64,000 nt of DNA, taken from contig MU053594.1 in assembly GCA_013239625.1 (NCBI GenBank), forward strand, positions 2,732,127 through 2,796,126, in the 5' to 3' direction. Every line of letters starts with the position of its first letter. Position 1 is the stretch's first letter. The notes beneath the pieces are model-generated. The model made no database searches. It worked only from the letters and a program-made list of their open reading frames with translations, and was not told the origin of the DNA. Position numbers and translations under genes: made by a program. Positions 38,071 through 51,937 of the stretch are shown here, in pieces. The stretch is from Lama guanicoe (taxonomy: Eukaryota).

Positions 38071-38974
38071 GCTATGGTCTTTAAATAGCATTTCCTCCTT
38101 CAAAGTAACAAGAGTTGCTGGGAGAAACTGTTGGTTTCAGAGGTAAGACCAGAAATGTATAAGATGAGCCTGAGATGTATTGTTCTGCCAGGAAGGAAGA
38201 AAGCTGTCAAAAGGACACAGGAGCAACATTGTAGTCACTGTGATGATACTGATGGGTGAAATGCAGCTTTTGGAAAGCACAAAGTGCCTCTTGGTCTGAA
38301 TGCTTACAATACAATCAAGAGTTTTCTCTCTTGGAACTGGTGATTCTTTGAAATAGAGGCATAAGGATTTCAAACAAAAATTTTTAACATTGTCTCTACT
38401 TTTTCTGTTCCAAAAGATATGGAAAAAATGCATCTGTTGCCTCTGTGCCTTCCAAGTCTTTTGTGCTATTACAGAATGGATAAGCCATTCTATTATAGAA
38501 AAGTGATGGGACATCATTGGGATAGGAAATTTAAAACAGGCAGTCAAAGTGAATCTTCGAAGATGTGACAAGCTGATTCAAGTTTCTGTTAGTAAATGGG
38601 AGTAAAACCCTTTGATTCATTCTTTTATTTTTAAAACTTTGATCCTACTTTCTTCATCCATCCCCAAACAAATACAAGCATGGAGCCAAAGAGTGGTAAA
38701 AAACCAAATACTTGTACTAGTAAAACTATCATTTTTTTCCTTAGGTTGGTTCTTTATTACCATTGATTTGATAATTTTATGATTCTTAGGGAAACTAGTA
38801 AACTTTCACTATGTGTGATGTTTATATAAAGCAAAATGTCAATTAGTGCTCCTATATTTGCAATATTATAGTTTGTAATATATGTAAAAATCAGGCCCCT
38901 AAAACAGTTTTTTCTATTAGTAGATAAATCATCACAATACAAATCACAAAAAGACATTTGAAATGGGTAGAATG

Positions 38975-39330
38975 GTACATTTGAATGGTAGCCCTTAAAA
39001 GCATATGTCCACATCCTAATCCCCAGAACCTGGGACTCTGATATTATTTGGAAAAAGAGTCTTTGCAGATGTAATTAAGTTAAAGGTCACATGATGATCT
39101 GGGTGGATGCCAAATCCAAGGACAAGTGTCCAGAAGACACATGGAGAAGAAACACATGGAGAAGAGGAGGAAGCCATGTAAATACAGGGACTAGGAATGC
39201 CAACAACCACCAGAAACTGGAAAAAGCAAGGAACAGACTCTTCCCTAGAGCCTCTGGAGACAGTGCAGCAGTGCTCACATGTTGACTTCTGGCCTTAGAA
39301 ACTGTGAGAGAATAAATTTCCACTGTTTTA
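38975..39330 (+). mobile_element. MLT1C/D-like MaLR LTR
   Basis: atgtccacatcctaatccccagaacctgg...aagagtctttgcagatgtaattaagttaaagg...gacttctggccttagaaactgtgagagaataaatttccactgtttta. Confidence 0.85.
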
Positions 39331-39332
39331 AT

Positions 39333-39371
39333 ACACACACACACACACACGCACACACACACGCACACACA
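39333..39371. repeat. (CA)n microsatellite, interrupted
   Basis: direct reading. Confidence 0.9.
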
Positions 39372-39587
39372 AAGACCCAGAAGCTAACATTTAAAAACTG
39401 CCCATTTGGCTAATATAGAATAATGTAAGGAGCACAAAGAATGTTTGCAATGATTTGATATACTATATGTGTGTGTTTTATTTTAAATGTGTTAATTTTC
39501 CTATAAATTTTAAATAAATACAAATATTTACTTTAAAATTTGAAAGTAATTTTTTTTAAAGGCTCATTAATCACTACTAAAGATTGC

Positions 39588-41910
39588 CATATATGACAAG
39601 ACCACAGCTAACACCATACTCTGTAGTAAAAAGCGGAAAGCTTTTCCTCTAAGATCAGGAACAAGACAAGGTAGCCATTCTCACTTTTATTCTACATAGT
39701 GCTGGGAGGCCTGACCATAGCAATCAGGCAAAAAAAAGAAATAAAAGCATCTAAACTGAAAAGGAGAAGTAAAATTGTCTCTTTGCAAATGACGTTATAT
39801 TATACATAGAAAACCCTAATGCCTACATACAAAAAAACTGTTAGATCTAAAAAATGAATTCAGTAAAGTTGAATAATATAAAATCAACACACAAAATCAG
39901 TTGCATTTCTGTACACTGAGAACAAACTATCAGAAAGAGAAATTGGGGAAATCATCTCATTTACAATAGCCTCAAAAATAATAAAAAATACTTAGGAATA
40001 CATCTATTGAAGAAGGTGGAAGATATATTGAACACTATAAGACATTGCTGAAAAAGACTGAAGAAAATGACTATTGTTAAAATATGCATATTACCCAAAG
40101 CAATCTACAGATTCAATGCAATCTTTTTCAAATGTCCCACAGTATTTTTAACAGAAATAGAAAAGACAATCCTAAAATTTCTATGGGACCAAAAAATACC
40201 TTGAATAGTCAAAGCAATCTTGAGAAAGAACAAAATTGGGGGCATCACACTTCATGATTTCAAACTATATTATAAAGCTGTAGTAATCAAAACAGTGTGA
40301 TGTTGGCATAAAAACAGAAACATAGATCAGTGAAATAGAATAGAGAAATAGTGAAATAGAATAGAATAGGATAGAATAGAGAGCCCAGAAATAAACTTAC
40401 GCATATTTGTTGATTAATTTATGACAAAGGAGCCAACAATATACAACAGGGAAAGGACAGTCTCTTTCATAAATCCTATTGGGAGAACTGGACAGTAACA
40501 TGCACAAGAATGAAACTGGACCCTGACCTTACACTTTATATTAAATTTTACTTAAAATGGATTAAAACTTATATTTAAGACCTGAAATCATAAAATTCCC
40601 AGAAAAAAACACAAAGGTAAGCTCCTTGACATTGACCTTGGTGATGATTTTTTGGATTTGACACTAAAAGCAAAAAAAGAATAAGTGGGGCTACACCAAA
40701 CCAAAAAGCTTCTGCACAGAAAAGGAAATCATCAACAAAATGAAAAGGCAGCCTATGGAATGGGAGAAAATGCTTGCAAACTATATATCTGATAAGACAT
40801 CAATATCCAAAATATATAAGGAATGCACAAAACTCAATAGCAATAGATAAATAAATAAATATAAATAACCCAATTAAAAAGTGGGCCAAGGACTTGAGTA
40901 GACATATCTCCAAAGAAGACACACAAATGGCCAACAGGTATATGAAAAGGTGCCCCCCATCACCAACCAACAGGGAAATGCAAATCAATGGCACAGTGAG
41001 GTGTTACCTCACATCTGTTAGAATGGCTATTATCAAAAAGATGAGATAATGAATGCTAGTGAGAATGTGGAGAAAAGTTCAACCCTTGAACGTTGTTGAG
41101 ATTATAACAGTCTGCAAGTGTACATTGTACAACATTGTTGGCAACGCAAATTGGCACAGCCACCAAGGAAATGAGTATAAAATTTCCTCAAAAAATTAAA
41201 AGTAGAACTGCCATATAATCAAGCAATCCCTCTTCTAGGGGTATATTCAAAGGAAATAAAACTATTATTTTGAACAGATATCTGTAACATCCATGTTTGT
41301 TGCAGCATTAGTCACAATAGCCAAGGAATGGAAACAACCTAGGTGTCCATCAGTGGATGAATGGATAAATATAATGTGGTGTGTGTACAATGGAATACTA
41401 TTCAGCCTTAACCAAAAGGAGGAAATCCTGTCCTTTGTGACCACATGGATGAACCTGGAAGGCTCAGTTAAATAAGCCAAACAGAGAAAGACAAATATTG
41501 TATGGTTTCATACGTGGAATCTTAAAAAAAAAAAAAAGAAAAATTTGAACTCATAGAAACAGACAGTAGAGGAGTGGTTACCAGAAGCTGGGGGTTGAAG
41601 GAAATAGGGAGGGGTTGGTAAAAGGGTACAAACTTTCAGTTATATGATGACTGAGGTCCAAGGATCTAATGCATGGCATGGTGACTAAGGCTGATAACAC
41701 TGTTTTATACACTTGACATGTGCTAAAGACAGTAGAATTTAAATATTCTCACACACACATACACACACATGGTAAATATGTGAGGTGATGGATGTGCTAA
41801 TTAATTCAATGGGGGAAATCCATTCATAATGTATATGTAAATCAAATCATCACATTGTACACTTTAAACATCTGACAATTTTATTTGTAAATTATACCTC
41901 CACAAAGCTA
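39588..41910 (+). mobile_element. L1 (L1MA9/10-like), 5'-truncated: ORF2 RT to C-terminus plus 3' UTR, decayed
   Basis: ccatatatgacaagaccacagctaacaccatactc RT region; ORF track 41293-41475 MFVAALVTIAKEWKQPRCPSVDEWI is ORF2 C-terminus; 3' UTR ends aattatacctccacaaagct; (aatag)n expansion at ~40330-40380. Confidence 0.92.
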
Positions 41911-41949
41911 GCGAACGAAGGGTTATATAGAAAAAAATAACAATATGGA

Positions 41950-42030
41950 ACAGAGACTATACGTGGCCCATGCAGCCAGAAATATTACCTTTCTGGCCCT
42001 TTACAGAAAAACAAAATTTGCTAATCCCTG
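41950..42030 (+). mobile_element. MER58 (hAT-Charlie) 3' end fragment
   Basis: agagactatacgtggcccatgcagccagaaatattacctttctggccctttacagaaaa...tttgctaatccctg. Confidence 0.7.
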
Positions 42031-42044
42031 TATTAATTATCTGA

Positions 42045-42375
42045 GATCATTTTTCCTCTGAATTCAGATTGGGTCTGGCCAACGGGCAGCACCAAGAGGT
42101 GCTCCAAGGGTGAGGGGAGAGTGATTAGATGTCCCTTCCCCATCTCCCTCCCTTCCATCAGGCTTTCTCTCCAAGTTCCAGGGTGTCCTCCCCTTGTTCC
42201 TTCAGGCCTGCAGGTGATTGTAGCTTTTCCTTGTTGCTGGCCTTCAGGTGCTGCACCCCTGGCTGATTTTCTTTAACCGGGGCCACATGTTTGTAAATAG
42301 TCTCTTTATTAACATCGCTTCAGTGACCTCTTTTGAATATACCATCTGTTTCCTACCAGGACCATGGCTTGTACA
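42045..42375 (+). mobile_element. LTR33-like ERVL LTR
   Basis: tgggtctggccaacgggcagcacc...cttgttccttcaggcct...tttgtaaatagtctctttattaa...ccatctgtttcctaccaggaccatggcttgtaca. Confidence 0.65.
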
Positions 42376-42780
42376 GACTCTGTGAGAGATAATACCTTTA
42401 TTTGGAACGATAATGGCATGGTGGCTGTGTTAGATAGAGATTGTATGGAAATATTCATGGATGGCGTGATATGATGGCTGGAACCTGACCTTATTTACCT
42501 CTAAAAAATTAAGTAGAGAGAGAGTGAGATGTATATATCATATACCACTGCGTGTTTATGGGAATCCCTTACACTATTACTATTCCTCTAGTTTTGTGTA
42601 TTTTTTAATCATAATATAAAGTAGTAACAATTGTACTTTAACCATATATTTGTTGCTTAATTAATTTAAGAAAAGGACAATTATGTTGAATGAATTTTTT
42701 TTAAAGGGCCAACACAGATTAGGATGGGCCCTGAGATTAGAAGACAAACTTTGGTGATAAAGAGCTGGGTTTAAATCTCA

Positions 42781-43204
42781 TGTAAGATGGACCTAGAGAT
42801 GACCATACTAAGTAAAGTAAGTCAGACAGAGAAAGACAAATACTATACAATATCACTAATATGTGGAATCCAAAAAAAAAATGACACAAATGAACTTATT
42901 TACAAAACAGGAACAGACTCAGACATAGAAAACAAATTTATGGTTACCAAAGGGAAAAGGAGGGGAGAAGGATAAATTGGGAGTTTGGGATTAACAGATA
43001 TAAATTACTGTATACAGAATAGATAAATGACAAGGTCCTACTGTATAGCACAGAGAACTATATTCAATAGCTTGTAATAATTTATAAGGGAAAAATATGA
43101 AAAAGAATATATATGTGTATGTATATGTGTGTGTAACTGAAACACTATGTTGTACAGTAGAAACTTAACACAACATTTTAAATAAACTATATTTCAGTTT
43201 AAAA
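42781..43204 (+). mobile_element. L1 3' end (artiodactyl-type) inserted in a MIR
   Basis: ORF track 42787-42975 MDLEMTILSKVSQTEKDKY is the ORF2 tail; 3' UTR; TSD aaatctca (42773-42780, 43205-43212); MIR core ttttctcatctgtaaaatg resumes at ~43265. Confidence 0.9.
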
Positions 43205-45157
43205 AAATCTCACTTCAGACAGTGATTAAAGTAAATGGAAAACTTTCTCATTACTTCTCAATCTCATTTTCTCATCTGTAAAATGTGGATAATATCCATG
43301 TCACTGGACTGTTATTAAAAGAACTAGATAAAATAACATTAATTTGCCTCCTTTCTAGCAGGTGCTTAATAAATTACTGTTGATTATATAATAGTTCTTA
43401 TTTAGAAAACAGATGGAATTGAGTTTGGGATCTAAGGGGAAAAAAGGGAAAAGCAGGGGCTATCAAGAGTATTTTAATAGGTGTCTGTGTCCTCTGATAC
43501 AGATTGGAGTTATTGGTGAGATTTGTCACCAGAGACCGAAAATTTTTTGCAGGCTAATTGAACTGCATCATTTGAGCTAAGAATTGAAGTCAAAGCTACT
43601 TAAAGAGCATGTAGTAATTAGGAAACTAGTTTAATGGAGAAAACCTCCAAGGGAATCTGTTTTTTTTTCCCTATTTGACAGAATGAATGTTTTAACACCT
43701 TAATAGGAGCACCACATTGGTTCAAACCTTTTAATTGGGATGATTTTCATCCTAATTGCATGGAAAGTTAAAATCACATTATAATAAGATAATGAAGTAG
43801 CACAGATGTTTTGTGATTTGACTTTATGCCTGTTCCTCTGAATGGTTCAAAAGAAAGATACCGTGATGTGTTATGGTGCACATTTGTTTTACTACTTGGC
43901 TAGAGGTTCTTGGTAAATTATTAACTGATCAACATGAAGTCGTGTGAAAGGACTATAAAACAAAATTATGTCTCCACTGAGATAAGTGAGTGGCAGAGGT
44001 GTGCTCATTAGCCACGTCTATGCATGAAGGAAGAATGACAAATTGAAACCATTCTGCTCGTAACCTCAAGTCTAAACCCACTCTAACTTGACATATTCAC
44101 TTGATTGAGGAAGAATTGCTTGAGGCTTTTAAATATCTAAGTAATTGCTCTCACGTTCTCCCTCAAATTTGTTTAGCTGTTGTCTGCAAGCACAGATGGT
44201 CTGCCCTTTGTCTTACTGCAGAGATGTGGCTGTTTAACTTGCCATTTAACAGGGGCAAAATGAGCTTCCTCAGGGGTCCCTTGGGTCTCTAACAAGAGAC
44301 ACCTTTTTAGGTGGCTCCAGCTCCAGTGGGCCTGTCCCATTGGAGCCCAAATGCCTTCACTTTCTACACACTCCTCCTAACCCATCAATCCTGTTTCCAG
44401 TGTCACACAAAGGTTGCTAAGGACTAACACATCTAAATTTTCACCTTTTCCAGGAAGGTCAGAATTTCAACAGGAGTCCAGATCTTAAGTGCAAAGTGTA
44501 TGGAGTTCTAATACGTATAATGTGGGGCTCAGCATATGTCAGGGGTGGGGGAGGAGGTGGATAATCAGAGGGGAGTTCAGGCTTAGGGACACTAGAAGGC
44601 GAACAAAGAAGTCACAGAAGGCGGCCTCTAGCCAGCCCACATCTACCCGTGATGCATGTGCTATAATGAAGCAAGGTCTCATCACTCTGTCACGGAAGTT
44701 ATCTTGAATGCAATGCAAAAGAAACAAGCAAAACCTGTATCCAGCCTAAAGACAGAAATCCTATACACAATATTTTTATATGACGTCTAGAGAACATTTA
44801 TCCCTTCAGTACCAAAATGCTTCCATTCCCTGCTGGGTTTTCTGATGGACTCTGAGCCATTTGCTCTCTGGGCCTCTGAGGTCTTATTGGAAGAGATGGA
44901 GGGAATTTAATGAGAAAATAATGTAGCCTGAGAGTCACTGGAGACAAGGAGCCCTGCTTTCACATGTTTCAGGCTCCTTAGAGGAGAGATGTCCGGGAAG
45001 CTCTTCCTTCAAGACCTTCCCTTTGGCTACTGAACAAGTTCTCTTAGGAGCTGATCTTGGTAATAATCCTCCAGCAGGCAAAAGGCTTAGCCAGTCTTCC
45101 TTGCCCAGGTGTATGTTTATATTCCACAGAAACCTTCTAGAGACATTGTTTTAACTC

Positions 45158-45437
45158 AGAGTGGTGTCCTTCAGAACACTGTTCCCAGATATGTCTATAG
45201 ATATGCCTAGAAAAAGGGCCCATAGTTCAATAATTTTAGTAAATTCTGGAATCTCAATCTCCTTCTTAGTGATTCAAAATGCATGTCAGCAGTTAAGGCT
45301 CTGAGAAGGCCTGCAGTAAAGAGAACTATTTGACTTTGTAAAACTCAGCATTGTTCCAAACCATTTTTTTTTCTTTGTGCACTTAATTTGGACCCTATGA
45401 CACAACGTTCCAGCAAACACAAGTTTATAAAATGCTG
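45158..45437 (-). mobile_element. MER112-like hAT-Charlie element
   Basis: ttaaggctctgagaaggcctgcagtaaagagaactatttgactttgtaaaactcagcattgttccaaac is the reverse complement of the MER112 core also seen at ~48150-48210. Confidence 0.6.
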
Positions 45438-48064
45438 GTCAACTCAGTGATCCCACTCAATGGGCCATAAATCTTGGTGCTAAAGCATGGAGTACATAGA
45501 ATGGGAGAGTAGGGAATAAAAATATTGACCTAGGGATGCATGAATTCACATGTTTACAAAGCATTATCTCTAAACTTAATAAATAATACAGCTCATAGAC
45601 ATATGAGTGAGTCTTTTTCAAATATTTTAAGATGTTATTGTAATGTATTAAATATGAATCCATGTAAAGGCACCGCTGAGATTTTAGTAGTTTGTGTTTT
45701 GTATCTTTTGTCAGTTATCAGAAACTAAAAATATAATGAGTATGTGGGAAATCTATAAAAATATTTTGATGTTAAAAAGTTCTTTGTACTAAAGGAAAAA
45801 AAAAAAAAGGAGGGGGTGGGAAACCACTGCCTTAAGCCAAAGGAGTGATTCTAATGGTTGGAAATTCAGGCAAAGTGCCAGCAGATGGGGAGATTCTGCA
45901 GGCACAAGTGCTGATTCCTCCCAAATCATAACACACAGTGTCACCTGGTCCCTCCATGAGCAGCCTGGGTGTGTAGAATCCAGTGCTGTGGATGGAGCCG
46001 TTTGCATGTCCTCAAGGCCAGGACTCTGTAGGGGGCTTGGCACAGCATGCGTGGTGAAACTGATGTTTCTGGATCCCAGCTGTACAAATGAGCTGCAATG
46101 GCCAGATGTGACCGTCCTGACCCTGTTTGTGTGCAGCATGTACACGCAGCCTCCATGACCCTCAAGGACCTTGCCGGGTCTGGGATTCTGTGACAGCAGA
46201 CTTCTGCAAGTTGTGCATCAAAAAGTAAGATAACCTCCCATTTAAAGGAAAATTGTATTCACAGATGCTGTTCTGTCCATAGAGAGGGCAAATGCAGGTC
46301 TGTCCAATGAAAGCAAACTCAGCAATGCCCTTAATCACAAGGATGATGGCTCTGATCAGCCCAAAGAGGACGGCGAGCGTGGCCCAACCTCATCATTACC
46401 CTGGAATCATTACAACCCTGATGGTGAGCTGATCATGGTGATTATCGTAGCATGTAGTTATGCTGATAGCACATTATTCGACGTGGATCACTTTTTTCTG
46501 TAATCCAGCTGATAGACAATGTTTCATTTTGTTCTCGGTAGAAGAAAATCATCATTGCTCTGCAACATTTGGCCTTTTACAAACCCTCTGGAGTAACTGA
46601 ACTTTAAGAAATGTCCGCATTTAAATCATATCCCTTCACTCTGAGGTCAAAAATGCAAGCTGACCAGGAACACAACCAGATGCAACCAGATTCTGCTCCT
46701 GCTCTTCAGAGCTGGTGTCCTCACCCCGAAGAGGGGGCGGACTCAGTGCTGTTGGCAAAGACGGGGTGCTAACTCCATCTGGGGAGCAGAAGCCTGTCAC
46801 AGGCAATCAGGGACTCTCAGACTCTGGTTCTTCTTAATGACTATGTAGTTGCTGACCTGGAAAAAATCCAATCCAGAGGAGCAACTTTTTATTTAATTTC
46901 TTACTTGATCCTTAGTTGCAAGTTTTTGACATTCTCGTCTGTGATTCTGGATCCAAGTTCAATGATATTTTATTTTGCCAGGTCATTTCTCCCCTGGATG
47001 TTTTTAATTGCTCTTGTCACGTGGGGTTTATAATTTCTGATGATTTTTTCTATGCTGCTTACTTTAGACTGTGGTTCTAGAGTCTTCACTTTTGAATCTT
47101 GTGGTGGGTTGTCTTGAAAAAGAAACATTATAGCTTTTGGTGGATAATAGTGAAGAAGGCCAAGAAGACTAAAATAGTAATCTGCAGTTTTAGCTTCAAA
47201 GCTTTTTCATGGAAGAACATGGCTATTCCTTCTTGGTTTTGCCTAATTTCCATTCCACTAATTTTCCAATAAAAAGATAATTAACTTTTATAGCTAAAAG
47301 TCCCTGGCATGGAGCCAACTAACAATAATAAGATTGTCTACATAAAATAAAGCACCAGATTAGTACAATATGAACTGGAGGAATTGTAGAACAGAAAGGA
47401 ACAATGATTCAAAATTCCTGGCTATATCTATACAATGTTAAGGATTTGGAAGAAAACTGAACATTCCAATTAGAACATAAGGAGTTCTCAAATACTTAGG
47501 TTGACCATAAGCAAGGTTTTGATTTTTTTTTTTTTTCAGTTTTAAGTGCTGGGTGTGTAGTGGACAATAGCCTTTCATGAAAAAGCTTTTATTCAAACTC
47601 TTGGGAATTACTGATTCATTGGGCTGTTTACCCAGGAGTGACATCATTTTAGATTTAGACCATGTGTACATGATATCAAATGCTTCCTGAAGGAACTGAC
47701 CAATTCATCTGGCTTTGTCCCCATGTGGGGCCTTGCAGTTTACAGATGGAAATATGAATAAACCATTTGAGCTTTGATCAATTCGTGCCTTCTTTGTTAT
47801 TTGTTTCAAAAATATGCAGAATGGCAGAGGAACGAGCCTTTTTAGGAAGTCAGATTAAAGTATTACCAAAAGGGAGAAGGCATGCAAGAACAAGTAAGGA
47901 ATGGCTGAGAGGAGATAAGATAGCTTCATATATGTCTTCTTTAAAAGGCACTTCAGAGGCAGTTGGAACCTGAGTGAAGAGGACAGGAGAGCTGGCCCTT
48001 GGGGCATTCATCGATGGCTGGGAAGCAGCCTGGCAGAGTACAGTGTCTCTGTACTCTGTACACC

Positions 48065-48330
48065 TGTGTTTCACAGAGCATGAGTGTTAATAGATGTGCT
48101 AAGGGAAAAGTGCACCAGGCTCAAGTAAGCTTGGAAATGACTGGGTTGTACAGAACTAAGCACATTTCTTTATTGCAGGACTTCTCAGAGCCTTTAGTAT
48201 GCTTGTATAATGTGAATTTCTGGAATAGACTTTCAAATTACCAAAGGTATCAATCACAGAGCCATCTTTATGAGACACACCTGTTAATATCTCCTCACGT
48301 GATGTTCCTAGAAAACCATCTTCAGAAGTT
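48065..48330 (+). mobile_element. MER112-like hAT-Charlie element
   Basis: tttctttattgcaggacttctcagagcctttagtatgcttgtataatgtgaat. Confidence 0.6.
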
Positions 48331-50149
48331 TTGGTGTAGTGGAAAGAGTTCTGGCTTCAGAAGCACTTCCCAGCACCATCACCTACTAGCTTTGTGACAA
48401 TAGACAGATAAGTTCCAAGTATAAATCTTAGGTTTGTCAGCAGTAAAATATAGGTTTCTATCTGGACAGTACAGAATTTTTATAATAGTAATGAATATAA
48501 ACTAAAATTATAAGCAATGAAATACAAGTAAAGGTTAGTTCCTATTATTAGAAATCCAGATGGTTAACTATAAAAGTCATCTTCAGAATTTATCATAACA
48601 AATTTTTAGCTTAGAAGTTGTAGTTCTGGTTTTAAGGCATTGCCAATAAAGTTGATATTTAACTGAAAAGATACATTTACACTTGATCACATTCTGCAAA
48701 ACAGTTCATTTTGGGGGACCCCAAAATGGGAAAGTAGCCACAAAAGAATACCCTACTTTTATTAAAATATATTTGGGAAAAATCTGCCCAGTTCTACCCA
48801 CAAAAATGTTGCAACCAACTCCCTGAGTGTTCAGAAGGGACACAGCTAGTTTAGGATTTATGCCTGGGCTTTAAAGTCTGAAATAAGCTGAATTGTGTAA
48901 ACATTTTGGCACAGTATGCAGGGAGCTAAATACATTACTCTTGGCATTATTAACAGGTGGTGTGGGAATATGTTGCTATGGAAAGTTCATGCTGCAGTGT
49001 CAGCAGAAGAAAATGTATTTTATAGGCTTACAGGGAGAGAGAGAGGGGGCAACGAAGGTTCCAGAGGGTCTGATGCATGAAGATGACTGAAAAATACTTT
49101 CCAGCTGTCACAACTGCACTTGGGGTTGGATGATTTCTTGTAGTGTTATGAATGTAAACGCTATTCAATTAACTGTTTTGAAAGCAAAAGGTTATTTCTA
49201 AAAGAGCAATTTCTAGGCACCTGAAATGCTTGAAAGCCTCTATTATTTTCCAAGTTGCTGTCTCTTGAGAGAGATCACCTCCCTTGCAACAAAGGCTTCC
49301 TAGTGCTTTGAGGATATAAAAATAGACATACAAGGAATATACCCTTTTTAATAAGCAGAGCAGCTGTCAACTGCTACAAAGCTGAGCTTGAGTCAGGACT
49401 CGGTATATCCATAAAGCAGCTCCATCTTTTCCAGCCACCCCTCTTCCATGGAGCCATTCCCCCCCACCTCAAAAAAAAATGCAAGAAGAACAAGAGGGAG
49501 AAAGCTTAAACCTGAGGAAAACAAACTTAGGTTGGAACTCAGGAAGACTCTTTGTTGATCGCAGCATAGACGACCAAATAAAATGATAGAATCTCCTTTT
49601 CTTGAGAGTATAAGGCAAAAGGCTCCCACCTAGGATGATAAAATGTCCCTGTAAGGTTTCTTCTTATATTTTGAGAATAAGCAAGAGGAAACTGTTCATT
49701 GCCAGAAAGGGAGAACCAAATATTCTCTCTTGTGGTCTAGGTAGGAATAGAATCCAACACTGTGACAATAGGTGTTGCACAGGAAAATACATGGGGTCTT
49801 AAGAACGAATGGGGCTCTTCAGAGAGTTAGCCAGCACTGGTTGCAAATTGTCTTATGAACCTTCTCAAACTCCAAATCACTTAAGGTTTCCTCTGGCTAA
49901 CTCTGTAGGGATTTTTGCCAAGCAGGTGATGAGTTTTCATAGTCCATATTATTTCATTATCCCTTTGTGAAGGATGAAAGGCAATCTTTTCATTAAGCTG
50001 ACCCTGTGACTACAGCCCCATCACTCAGGAAGCCACATGGCCACATTCCAAATATCCGTCTACCAGCACTTCAAACTTCCCAAAGGCCTTGGAGTTATTG
50101 GCAGCCTCAGTTTTACAACACCCCACACTCACTGGGCAGTAGGCTTACC

Positions 50150-50300
50150 ACACGTCATCCGGGGTTAAGAATGTTGGCTTTGGAATCTAAGAAACCTGGG
50201 TTGAGGTTCAGGTCTCCATTCTGCTACTTAACTAGCCATGTCATGCTGGGTGAAGTACTTAATGTCTCTCCACCTTTGTTTCCTCATTTGTTTCTTTTTA
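50150..50300 (+). mobile_element. MIR SINE
   Basis: ggttaagaatgttggctttggaatctaagaaacctgggttga...ctacttaactagccatgtcatgctgggtgaagtacttaa...tttcctcatttgt. Confidence 0.7.
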
Positions 50301-50829
50301 AAACAACTCCTCACATCCAGAGTTGTCCATTAGTAACTGACCTGACTTTCAAACTAATTGAAGCCTGTATCTACCATTCCTCAAACTCTCCCCTCTACCC
50401 ACATTTCCTGTCACACCCAAACATCTGTAGTAGAATGTCTATAATGTATTAGAGAAAAAAAAATGTTTTGAGAGTGAAACCAAGTGAAGAATGAAAGAAG
50501 ACGCCCAGCAGTAACACAAATCAGGAAGGCTTGGATTGTTTGCTAACTGCTACAGAAATTTCTCCCGAGTCTGCCAGATATGTTGGTATTGTTCATCAGC
50601 TGTCTGGTTCTCAAAATAGCTGGTCATGCCTCCTTCTAGTGCCTCCATTTTTAAGTCCTGGTTGAAACTGAGTCCAAAGTTAAGCCTTAAAAGAAACAAA
50701 AAGCAATTAGCTGTACATTAAGACATTCTGTCCAAATCTTCATGAGGTTAAGAATTAAATTCAAGCCATCCACAGAATTGGGACCTCCATTATTTGCAGT
50801 TTAGTGTGTGAGCTGAGATGGAGCAGAAG

Positions 50830-51050
50830 CAACATAACACAGTGGAGGTTTGGACAGCCAAATGGGCCTGCTCTGACTCCTGGCTCTGGTACTCGGTGGT
50901 TTGTAGCCTTAGACAAATCACTTATCCTTAGTCTCCACATCTACAAACTGCACATAAGTTAGAACACTGCAGAGACAAAAAAGATAATGCCTGCATCACA
51001 CTTAGTACTATTGCAGACACACAGTGGGTCCTCCATAAACAAAGCTGCTC
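50830..51050 (+). mobile_element. MIR SINE
   Basis: ctcctggctctggtactc...ccttagacaaatcacttatccttagtctccacatctacaaa...cacttagtac...acacagtgggtcctccataaac. Confidence 0.5.
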
Positions 51051-51937
51051 TCAGTAACTGCTTTGTAATTATCCCAATGAAGTCTCCTCTGGCATAGAGA
51101 AAGTCAAAGTGGGAACTGGCGATTCAAATGAGCTTTTCCCAAGAGGTCAAAGCAAAGCTCAAGATGGACCTGCTGATAATTTGCCAGTAGGATTTGGGGA
51201 AGGAAGCTCAAAGAGGGTAAAAGGCTGTGGGAGGCAAGACCCAATGTCAAAAGGACACTCTCTTGAGTAACGGTGGTGGAAATGCTCTGGCCAAACCTGA
51301 GGGGATCAGAGAAGAGAAGGCTTTGAGATGGCTTTCTTCACTCAGTTAGAGAAGTACCACAGACTGGCTATGGGAGGAGTCTGCCCCCGAAAGAAAAGAA
51401 ATAAGGGAGCAGAGAGATAAGTCATGAAATTCAAGAGGGTGCCCAGAGCCTTCTTTTCTTTCTCATTACCAAAGGCCGGGCTCATCCCTGTACCTCCTGT
51501 CTTCTACCCTGCCTGCTACCACCCCATCATCACCCCAGTCCTGACAGTCTCAGTTCCAAGTGCCATGATCCTATTGGATGTAGGGAGATCTAAGGATCTG
51601 AGACCTAAATCCTACAGACAGCTCCCTCGGAGGCTGCACAATTGGTAGTATTGACTCATCTCTACTTGAAACTACAATATGGTAACTCGTGCTCCACAAC
51701 TAAATGTCCCTTCTCTCACTCTGTCCCCAGAATGCATGTAATTGAACAAGGTGGGGACACTTAAGATAAAGCAAAGCAGAGCAGGAGGGAGGAGAGAAGC
51801 CTTTGCCCTCTGAGCTGCTAATCAGAAATAACAAATGCAAGACCCAGAATAAGCTCTGAGTTTAAGCTTACGTCCTCTTTACTGACCATAAAGAGCACAG
51901 GAAACAGATTTAGTTGTTAAGATTAGTGAGATGAACT

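Noticed and set aside
45875..45895. CTCF-like motif ccagcagatggggag
   Set aside because: Lacks the key C of the GGC core; single weak match
48707..48728. Perfect 10-bp inverted repeat cattttgggg-ga-ccccaaaatg
   Set aside because: Low complexity and isolated; plausible by chance in 64 kb
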